Program-made: the position numbers and the translations under genes
Notes under the pieces: model-generated
Database searches by the model: none
Told to the model about the DNA's origin: nothing
What the model saw: only the letters and a program-made list of their open reading frames with translations
DNA from: Mantamonas sphyraenae STR306
Taxonomy: Eukaryota; Protista; CRuMs
Assembly (NCBI GenBank): GCA_026936335.1
Contig: JAPMXV010000043.1
Location: 124,001-188,000 of the forward strand
Direction: 5' to 3'
DNA: 64,000 nucleotides
In this document: positions 51,021 to 61,060 of the stretch, one piece after another
Numbering within the stretch: the first letter of the stretch is position 1
Layout: each line of letters begins with the position of its first letter

Positions 51021-54000
51021 ATGGTCAACAACAGATACAATCTGCGATCCAAAAGGACGACGCGAGCAACGACTGGCACTGAGCCCCCTGCGACCTCTGG
51101 TGAGACGCCGACCTCACCCGCTGAGCCGACGACGGAGGTGACAACCGCGAGGCCACCGCGTGAGCGGATGCCACAAACACCCCAGGGTGTATACGATCAG
51201 CTGTGCGAAGGTACGTATGGCCTGGATTGCAGGGTCTATGCAGAGACACTCACACGTGCTGCCCTGGGTAGGTGTCGACTCGTTGATGCCACAGGAGAGA
51301 GTGGAGGCGCTCGACCGCCTCGCAGGCGATCTGGCTCCGAACAGCAGCACTGACGCTGTGGAGCATCTGAACACAGTGATGGATGTTCGTGCCACGGTAC
51401 TGGAAACAAAGAGAGGCATTCGGTAGGTTTAGGCGCGTTTGTTTTCCACGCTCCGCGCTGACATGTGCGCTCCCCCCCCTCCCCTGCCTTTCCCCGACGT
51501 TCTCAAAGGAACCCGGTGTCATTGTTGTGTCACGCTACCGTCGCTGTGCGTGCGCTGCTTATCGGTGTTGGCGCGACCGGGCTTGCGGCGCTGCACGTGG
51601 AGCCTTCCGAGGGCCTTTCGTGGCAAGCAAGCTGCCTTGTGGGTCTTTTTGCCTTCATGACTGGGATGGAAGGCATCTCTAATGACGAAAGCACAGTGTG
51701 GATGCTCCTGCTACATGCAGACGCCGCCGTGTCCAACAGCGGGAGTGTGGAGAGAACCAGCAGAGCGCTACGGAAACGTAAGATGCGACCAACCCCACAC
51801 ACACGCGCTCAACGCCCACCTGCACACACTCACCCCCCCCCCCCCCCCACACACACACACCCATCCTGTCGCAGTTGTATGCACTTGTGGGAGATCTTCT
51901 GCACCTGTGTCGATGGCGAGCATCCCTTTCGTGCGCTTGACCCCGGTAACGTGCCCATGCACAACCTCAGCAGCGAGGAGCTGATCGACTCCAAGGAGCT
52001 CTTTGAAAGAGCAGAGCAGTCAGGCACTCCCTATGCGATTTCGAAGTCAACCAAGAAGGCATCATGTCCGTGTGGCCAGCAGTTCCTCAGTGAGCGAACT
52101 GAGCCGTACATCTACGTCATGCCTGCGGAAACGCGCACGTCCGATGACTTTGATTGGGAGTGCCGTGAGTGCGGTAGGGCCGTGAATGGAACGGCAGAGT
52201 ATGACATCACCTGCACCAGGACCTGCATGATCACCTACGAGCGACTGGATTCGAGCAACGGGAATTTCGACGTTCGCGACGTGTCATGCGTTGGGATCCA
52301 CATGGGTAGCGAAGGGAAGGGGCACTACGTACTCGCCCTGCGTGTGGACGACATGGGTTGGCGGGTGTTTTGATGACGGCACGGTGTACGACAACCCATG
52401 GTTCCTGGGCGAGAACTTTCAGCAGGAACACGCAGACGGAGCACACAGGCGTGCTGTGTTTACCTTGGGCTCCAGCTCCCCGATGTCGCTGTCACATGCG
52501 TCTGTGCGGGTGCCAATGGCAACAACGAACCAAGCTGCGCACAGGAACCACGTGAACCACGGGAACCACGGGATGAAGCAGAAGCAGCAAAAGCAGCAGA
52601 AGAAGCCGAAGCAGCCGCCGAAGCAACCGAAGCAACCGAAGAAGGGTAACCAGTCACGCAAGCGTCGCAAAGCCAGATTCCATGAGGCCCAAGACCTCGA
52701 CAAGCAACGCAGGCTTGACGAAACAGCGACACCCAAGGACCTTGTGGTCAGCAATCGCCATTCGATGGCCAACGCGGTCTTCGATCACGTCAACGACGAG
52801 CTGGTGGCTGCCACCTGCTTGTGGTTCGACGAGCAAGACACCACCGGGCAAGGGAAGAGGGTCGAGTGGGACATCAGGAAGGAGCTGCCCAGCGCGAAAG
52901 GGGTATCAAAAGCCATCCTGAAAGATCGGGTCAAGCAGAAGGAGGCCCTGGAGGAGGCGAATGGTGGGCAGCTGGAGCAGAGCCCAGGCCTGTCGTCCGA
53001 TGTGATTGAAGTGCTGGACCTGGCGAGCGTCGCCTTTGACAAGATGCGTGTCGACCAGTTGAGTGGCACGCATCCCATTGTGGTGTGCCTGGGGCTTGCC
53101 ACAATTGAGGATGTTCTGCAAGGGTCTCCAGGCGTAACAGCTGCCCACCAACAGCGGCTTCTGATTTCACTTAGCAGAGTGGAGAGTACGAACAGCAAGC
53201 GGCGGAACATGTTCAAGCCGTACGTGCGATTGCAGGAGCTCGTGCAGGAGTATCGGCCCGAGGCAATCGAAGACATCGCACAGCGCTTGCGAGAAGTCGA
53301 CAGCGAGGACATCACATGGTTAAGGGTGCACACGACTTACCCAAGGGTCGTGGAGTGGGTTGGCGCCCTGTTGCTGGTCTCGCACGGCGTCGACGAAAGC
53401 CTCTTCCGGCTGCAGGTGGTCAATGCCCGAGGGAAGGTGACCAAGGCTCTGTCTGGTGCTGATTGTGTCGGCAAAGCTGTGTCGATGGCTTGGCATGTGG
53501 ATGGCGGAGCTCAATGGTTTTTGCCTAGGCGACCCGCGCAGGGAAAGACTGCTGAGCTGATTGCCAGGGTGAATCTGGCCCTGCAGCTTCACGACGGCAG
53601 ACTGGCGTTAGCCATCGTCCTGGCTGGCACGAAGGGCAGCGATGTGTTTCAACGTGTGTGCGAGAATATCGACGTGTTGTACAACGCAAACGTGCCCTAC
53701 ACGCACAACACACACGAGTGGACACGTGATCTCAGCGAGAACACACCCCTGGACGCCGTTGTGCGCTACTTGCAAAAGGTGTTGCAGCTGGACGGCACAG
53801 GCATGACTCTGGACAGGGAAGGATTGACAGTGCCTGGTGGCGCGACTTACCCGCTTACTCGTCTCCTGCGCGCTCAATCTGATGCACTCAATGGCTGCCA
53901 CACCGCCCGTCAACTCTTCCAGGCGCTGAAGTTTCAGGTGAAGCGTATCTCCGTCACGGCAGATGAGCTCGACATCATGCGCGCCGAGTCCATGTACGAC

Positions 54001-56754
54001 GAGACACAGCGAGGCATGGTCTTCCACACGGGGGCACTGCATGGCCAGAAGAAGACGGCGCATGCCATCGGGACGTTGCAGGATCGCCCAGAGTTCACGA
54101 CGGAGCCAATCCCCGAGCCACAAGTTCTGCCACGCGCAAAGAGCGAGGCAAAAGCCCCGCCGACGGACAAGAAAGAGCTGGAAGCACACGTCTCGGAGTT
54201 CCTTCGGGATTCGCTCGAGGAAGTGTTCCCTGGCAATGGCAATGAGGTTCCGTTTGACCTGGGTCTTCTTCATGCGATTGCCAACGCCGGTGAGACTCGG
54301 TTCCACGCCATGAAGGTGCATAACACTGTCACGGTGATGCACCTCACCCAGGCGTTCGTCAGCCTTGTGCCAAGTGTGATGGAGGCTGTCACCGGAGTGT
54401 TTGCTGTCGCAAGCGCCTGGGAGGGCGACAACAAACTTGACCGAATCAAGAAGCTGGTGAATGACTACATCATCACAAGCAAGAAGGAGTCCCTGGTGGG
54501 AGATCTGCTCTCCAATGCCGAGAGGCCGATGGCCATCAACAACGAAGGTCGCGTTGTCGTCGACGGCGGCAATGGTGACCACCAGCTGGACGTGGACCTG
54601 ACGGCAGCAAGGGACCTCGGGCCGGCCACACAGCATATGCGTGTGATGCTCTACAACAGGCTGCGCAACGAGTTGAAGAACATGGTGACCACAAAGCAGA
54701 CGTTGCTCTTCTTCGCCATTGTGAAACACCAAACAACCATGTCCACAGACGACAAGGCGGAGCAGGTGGTGATGCTTGCGGCGTGCGACGCCCTCGTTGA
54801 ACACTACAGCGGGTCGAGTATCGTGCCTGCGCTGGCCAAGCATGGCGTCGGAAAAAGACTACCTTGGCGTCGTCCACGATGTCCTCCAAGCAGAAGCGAG
54901 AAAGACAAGGTCCAGGGCGCAGGAGGAGGCCATTAGGACTGGGAATCAGCTCAGGCACGAGCCAGACTACGTGGCTGCACATGAGGCTGCGGTGCGCGTC
55001 CTGGGCGAGTTTGACGAGAAAAAGATGCTGCTGGCAACCAAGACAACCGGCAAGAGGACAAAACAGACGCGTGACCTCTACTTGTGCATCTTCCATGGCC
55101 TCATCGAAGATGTCGCTGAACAGAACGTCAACGCAGTCGACTTCAGCCCAGCCGATGCGCAACGGCTGCTGGTTCCGTTCCTACTCCACAGCGATGAGCG
55201 ATGGAAGGACGTGCACGCAGGAAAGCTGAACAGTGGGGCGTGTGGCCGTGTGCTGAAAGCGTGGAAAGCAGACAACAGCAGCATCCCGGAGGACGCCGCG
55301 TACTCGCTTGCGTGGTGGCGCGTAAACGCGTGCGTACCTGGACCCCTGCTGGATGACCTGTTTGGGAGCCTCATTGCTCACGCTCCCGTGGTTGAACATA
55401 TGAGGCCCAGTCAGCTGATGAGGTGGAAGGGCACAGTGCGAGAGTCAGACACAGGTGGTGCTGGTGTGTCCGTGTTCTACCCGAAGAACCTCGTGACTGA
55501 CCCCATGACGCGTGGGGACCCTGCTCTGGTCACGGGTATGGAGAACGAGTGCTTGCGTCACCTATGGTACCTACGTGCGGAACTGGAAGTCCGCAAGGGT
55601 AAAGGTGAGACGAGCAAGAAGGACAACAAGAAGAACTGGTTGAACAAGTTGACGGGCCCCCTGTTCACAACAGCCATCAACATGTTGCAATTCACGGATG
55701 AGTTGCCGCCGTGGATGGCAACGTTCGTCGCAAAGGAAAACTGGAACTATCTGAAAGACATGGGAATCAAGATCGGCAAGCGCGGTGTGTACAAGTTCAG
55801 GGACATCGGGGGTGGAGTACGAAGGAGAGTGGGGAAGGCGCGACGGGGGAAGAGACGGGAACGAGCAGCCAGGAGAACGAGACACAGGCGGTGGGCACGG
55901 AGGTTGACGACGGAGCGCACGGTGATACAAGCAGCCAGGAGAACGAGGCACAGGCGGTGGGCACGGAGGTTGACGACGGAGCGCAGGACAGGGAGGAGGA
56001 AGTGACCAGCGGTGGCATGGAGAGCGAGAACGACGAGTCGGCGCAGACAACACCCGCTTGGAAAGAGATGGTCAACGATACCCTCTTTGCGTTTGTCGAC
56101 TGGGGCGTATCGCGTGACACTTGGGTTCTCATGTGGACGCACAACGACACAGTGTTCCAGATGTCCGTGCCGACCATGACACACAACGAGATGAGGCGGC
56201 GGAAAGGGGGGACACGCACACAGGCACGCTTCCTCAGAAGGACAATCGACAAGACGCTGGAGATGATGTCCGACAGAGACATGCCCAAGAACCATGTGCT
56301 TGTGGTTGGAGGCAAGAAGCAGACGAGCATGGGGGGACGTACAGGGGACGTGCTGGACAGGCTCGCCGCGTATTACAATGTGGTCAAGGACCTCGACGAG
56401 TATCGCACTTCATCATGGCACCGGTGTGGGAACGAGCTTGAGTACAACACAAACGTGTCACATGCGCCTCTGGGCAGGCTCCAGCACTGCAGCAAATGCC
56501 GCTACAGATCGCGCAACCACCACACACGCAAGCAGACCTTGTTTGCACTACTGCAACGGGAAATTCACAACGACAAGAAGATTCCGCTGCACGTAGCAAT
56601 GCAACGAGACCGGCACTCATGCGAGGCATTCTTCTGGATCACTGTTGAGCAGATCAAATCGGGACAACGACCCGTTCCATTCAGCAGGCCGAGCGAAGCA
56701 GCAGCCACGGACACTTCCAATGATCATACCAACACCACTCAAACGGAGGAGTGA
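51021..56754 (+). CDS. Giant USP(C19)-domain + Fanzor/TnpB-type RuvC nuclease fusion; 3 introns, 4 single-base frame breaks
   Basis: Exons 51021-51210, 51272-51422, 51509-51777 and 51875-56754. USP Cys box GIRNPVSLLCHATVAVRAL, QQSATE box, CxC/CxxC fingers, His box IHMGSEGKGHYV...WRVFDDGTV. C-terminal RuvC: FVDWG, DEYRTS, CSKC, QRD and the Fanzor-typical RPVPFSR. Confidence 0.78.
55864..55985 (+). repeat. Two-copy 66-bp in-frame tandem repeat (22-aa acidic unit) in the linker before RuvC
   Basis: agcagccaggagaacgag...gacgacggagcgca starts at both 55864 and 55930; encodes SSQENE[T/A]QAVGTEVDDGA twice. Confidence 0.9.
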
Positions 56755-56990
56755 GTGAACATGATCTGATGCAGCTCCATCGACGACGGGAGCTGCTCGA
56801 AGAGACGGAGCACATCGAGCGCAAGCCACCGCTCGATGTTCAAGCAAAATAACCAGGGCATCCAGCAACGACGCCCTGGTAGCCATTGTCCAGAAGCAAG
56901 CCAACTTTTGGGCATGGTCGAGTATTTGTATGTAGTGCGTTGGCGTGCGTTCACGCACTTACGAGAAATACAGCGCATCCCAACCTTCTC
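56755..56990 (+). ncRNA. Putative omegaRNA (fRNA) scaffold plus flank-derived guide
   Basis: Five consecutive stems directly after the RuvC stop: 56771-78/56789-96, 56812-21/56830-39, 56852-59/56873-80, 56882-96/56905-18, 56922-40/56953-71. There is loop-loop complementarity, and the position matches TnpB/Fanzor loci. Confidence 0.7.
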
Positions 56991-56997
56991 GACATGC

Positions 56998-59900
56998 TCA
57001 CCAGGCGCCCGAGGCTCTTCGTGGAGGTCTTTCCGTGTCCGTGGGACTTGTCGACCCATGCACGTCTGACGTGGTGGAAGGCACTCGCTCGATGTCCCCG
57101 CTCGTCTCTTCTTCCTCCAAGTCGTCCATCTCGACCTCGCTCATCGAATACTTGCGCGGATGCGACGTGGTTGTGTTTGTCGCATCCGTTGTCATGTAGC
57201 TCACCTTTGTCTTGGGCTTGTCGTCACCCACTCCAATGACACGTGCCAGGACATTGATTCCAGACAGCCATCCCAGCTCACACAAGTTCAGCAACAGCAA
57301 GCTGCCAAACATGATGTACAGAACCACCGTCTGTACGGTGCGCAGCCACTGGGCGTCCGACTCTGTCAACACCAGCCCCGACATCAACAGGCCCATCTGT
57401 ACACTCATGGCCACCAGTTCCAGCACGTGGGCCGCACGGTAGTGGAACGGTCGGTATCGCAGATGCAGTCCCATGGACACACCCAGCACAAGCATCACCA
57501 TCTGCGTGCACAACACAGGCGTCGTCCCAGCAAACAGCACAAGCGCAAAAATCAACAGCTTCCTGCCCATGACCACCGCTTCCCAGTAGAACACTTCCGA
57601 CCGGTAGCGGTTGGTCAGGAACGAGAAACTTAGGTTGAACCATCGTTGGTGGTGATACTGCGGAAACTTGTACAGCACCCAGCCGATGCCCATCGGTACA
57701 AGCACCATGTTGCATATGATCCCAAATACTGCAAGTGGCAACCAAGCAAGCCACTCGTCCTCGTAGCAGACAACGCTGGGTTGCACAACGAGCCGGTACT
57801 GCCCGTCGGCAAACTCCCTGCAGGCAAAGTACTCCATGCTGGCCTGGGAGATGAACACAAACAGTTGCGAGACGCCTGCCGAGGTGACATGGGTGCTGAA
57901 GAACAGAATCGACGACGCAGGCATCCGCTCCACCAACTTCTTCAGCACAGGCACAGATGCACCCACTCGCGGCCACCGTTTCATCACCCACGTCCACACA
58001 TTGCGTACCACAAGCAGCACCAGCCCAATCAACAGCAGTACCGTCATCGTCGACACAGGAAGAAGCACACGCACTGCAAACCGCACGTAGTACGACACCG
58101 CTACGCTGCACTCTGGCTTCATCAGCAGCAACATCCAGTTCAGTGGTGACAGCACCAGATAGGCAAACGTCGTCTCTTCACCCCACGGGAGGGCGATCAG
58201 CGTGTACACAGTGGTGGTTTGCAGAAACGCACTCGTGACTCCGATGGTCGTAAAGACATGGCGAGAGACGTAAACGCCGAGCCACAGCACGGCGCCGATG
58301 ACAAGCAGCATGAGAATGATCTCCAGCACGGGGTTGTCGGGGCACTTTTCGCAGCGATTGTCCACAACAAAGTGCCTGGGTGCACACGAGGAACACATGA
58401 CGCCCGTGGTTCCCTCCACACACGCATCGTACCCGTTTCCCGGGCAGTTGGTAGGCGACACACAGGCAAACACCGTCTCGGGCGATGCCGCGCTTGACCA
58501 GAAACCGCGCTTGGGCAGCGGTTGCTGCTTGTCACCTGCACACGTGGCTCCCGCGGGGCACTCCTCACACTCGTGCGACGCCTTGTTGCGGGGTGCAAAG
58601 GACCCAGCTGCACACGTGCACACAGAGACACTCGACCGGCCTTCTACCAGCGTTTGAGTGCGTGGTGGACACGATGTGCACGACACACTGCCGTTGTTGC
58701 TGCTGTATGTCTGAGGCGGACACGTGGCGCATTGGCTGCTGCCACTCGTCTCTGCATACGTGCCTGGCGCACAAGCCCGGCACGAGCTCGCCATCCCCTC
58801 TGAAAATGTGCCCGGCGCACACGCAATGCACTTGCGCATCGTTGCAGAGTACTCAAAGCCAGGATCACACCGTCCCAGTAGCAGCTGGCCGTCGCAGCTG
58901 ATGGTCCCGAGAAAATCCAGCACAGATGCACGTGGACCCGACCCAAGCACCTGGAACCCGTCGTCCGACGCGATCCCTGCCGCCACGGGCGAGCTGTACA
59001 CCCAGTTCCAGAACTCCATCAGCTTGCGCTTGGTCTCACAGTCACCGTTGCTGTGCTGGTAGCCCACAAAGTATGTGTACGTGGATATGGGCCACGAGGC
59101 CGATCCCGGTGCGTCCATCAGGTCCACCGTGAACGCGCCTTCTTGCAGCGGAAAGTCTGCAATGGCACTGGAAAGGCTCTGTGCGTCTGCCGTGACCCAA
59201 TTGCCAGCCCTGTTCTGGACTTGGGCGACGCGCAGCTTGCTCCGCTGTGCAAAGTCGAAACCCACGTAGCCCATTGACCACTCCTGTGCGGCCACACGGA
59301 CGGCGACCCCCTTGTTTCCCGATTCCTTGTGCAGATGGGGAGTGGTGTACGCCCAGGTGCTGGTCGGCCCGTTGAAGTTGGAATCGAAACTGTTGAGCGA
59401 GTGTGTAAACACAGACGTTGTGCCGCTTTTGTCGAGACGCACGACCAGCTCGATGGCCTTGTGGGGCAGGTATGGTGCCAGCAGAGGGTTGTCTGCGGCA
59501 ATGCGGCTGTCGTTCCACATGGGACAGGCACCGCTAAAGATGCACGCCAGTGTCGGTCGCGAGAAGCGGAGTGTCGTGGACAGGTCGTTTACAGTGGGCA
59601 CGTTGTAGATGGGCACCACAGCACCAGCCACGGCTGGGATCATAAAGATGGATCCACCTTGGGCGTACTGTGCAGCTGAAAGCAACGAGTCGGAGCCGGC
59701 AAAGACCACCTCCTTGTTCAGGATGGCGTCCTTGCCAGCGCCCGAGCCCACGCCTTCGTACTCGACCTGCACACTTTTGTCCACCAGCGAGTACGCGTAT
59801 GCAAACTCGTTGTACACGTTGAGCGGGAACGTGGCACCCTTGCCAGCAACGACAGTGAGCGAGGTGCGGTACGCCGCCTGGCCTCCACACTGCATTGTGC

Positions 59901-61022
59901 GCACCGCAGCCACATTCTTTGCACGCTGTTCCAGGGACACGGAGCCCATATTGTATGTGTCCAGCCTGCGCAGGGCGTCTGCGTTGGTCATTGCAAACAC
60001 GAGCAGGTCGGCGAGGCCGGTCATAGCGGAGCAGTTCAGTGAGGCGCCGTCGCGGTAGTAGGCGCGTGTGTAGAGGACCAGTGGCCACACGTAGCCGTTC
60101 TGGTAGGCCAGGTTGCTCTCGCCGCGCGTCGAGTCTGTTGTGGCACCCAGGAGTGTGTTGAGTCCGGCGCGGAGGACGTTACCGTTCGCCTGGCGGTACT
60201 GAGCCATCGCAGCACCTTGCGAGACGGCCGTGTGCAGATCGGTGACGGTAAAGGCGCCTTCTGTGCCTTTCACTTTCAGCACGGCCACAGCTGCCGCATC
60301 ACCGCCGCCCACGGGACCGGGGAGTTGCAGGTGTCCGGACAACTTCTCAAACGGGCTTGAGGAAACGTAGGCAATGGGGACATCATAGGATGAGAGAAGC
60401 GGGTTCAAGGCAACCACACGGGAGTCGTTCCACCTGCTGATGCTTCCGTTGCTGTGTGCCCCGAAGCAGTGTGTCAGCGACAAGTTGGAAAATGTTGTTT
60501 GGTTTTGGGGACATTTTCCCGTGGCAGCCCGACACTCACATCAGTCCTTGCATCACGTCTTTGTCCAGAACAAGGTCGTTTGTGATCAGTGGAGGCAGAT
60601 TGTGGCTCACCACGAATGCTGTTGTGGAAAGGGGCTACGCGGTCAAGGATGGGCGGGGCGGTGTGAGTGTGGTTCTGCTGTAGCGGGTTGGTCTCACAAA
60701 AGTCGAGCAGAGCAGGGCTACTCACAATTTTGGTGACAAACTGTGGCAGAGCCGTGGCGTTGACATCAAGCTCGCTCAACACAAGGTCACACTGGCCGTC
60801 CTGAAGCCACTGCAACGCGGTGGTCGTGTTGCTGTCCCCCATTGTGACGAGAGATACTCCTTGTTTTTGTGCAATGGAGACCAAAGTTCCCAAACTTCGG
60901 ATCAGGCCAGCGCTCGTGCTCGGACCACACACGCGCACAGTCGTGGCAGTGCCTTGTGCTATTGCGGGGACGACAGCGAGGATGACGATGAGAGCAAACA
61001 CGAGACCAATTTTCGTCAACAT
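56998..61022 (-). CDS. Receptor-like protein: signal peptide + two PstS-type phosphate-binding domains + Cys-rich repeats + multi-TM domain
   Basis: Signal peptide MLTKIGLVFALIVILAVVPAIA. First, degenerate PBP domain is spliced (GTGAGT donors; ...LVLDKDVMQGL|NGSISRWNDSRVVALNP). Second domain has GATFP, GSGAG, FAGSD, RLDKSGTT, GNKGV, WPISTYTY. Then CxxCxPGTY repeats and TM helices with YWEAVVMGRKL. Confidence 0.88.
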
Positions 61023-61060
61023 GAGAATCTCTTTCCCGCGCTCGGGCCCCTTTCCATTCC

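Larger units (their letters stand above)
48282..56968 (+). mobile_element. IS630/Tc1-mariner DNA transposon carrying a Fanzor/omegaRNA (OMEGA) module; ends inferred
   Basis: Transposase, Fanzor-like gene and structured right end lie between two convergent host genes. Candidate TA duplication at 48280-48281 and 56969-56970; removing the block restores a ~110-bp spacer similar to other convergent spacers here. No clear TIRs, so the boundaries are inference. Confidence 0.7.

Noticed and set aside
51740-55815. Programmed ribosomal frameshifting in the Fanzor gene
   Set aside because: The breaks go in both directions, with no consistent slippery heptamer or downstream structure; indels are the simpler explanation.
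55864-55985. Direct repeat next to a Cas12-like nuclease as a possible CRISPR array
   Set aside because: Only two near-adjacent copies with a 66-bp in-frame period inside coding sequence, and no spacer series.
48284-56762. atgttcac (left) / gtgaacat (56755-56762) as terminal inverted repeats
   Set aside because: Only 8 bp, and the right copy lies upstream of the structured RNA region; could be chance.
48566-61022. Bacterial contamination or chimeric assembly (IS630-like transposase, TnpB-like nuclease, PstS)
   Set aside because: The Fanzor and PstS genes have spliceosomal introns with host-type signals, eukaryotic domains (USP, Cys-rich repeats), and sit among eukaryotic genes.
1-61022. Phosphate regulon linking the SPX-GDPD and PstS receptor genes
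   Set aside because: They are more than 50 kb apart with many unrelated genes between, and I saw no shared regulatory motif.
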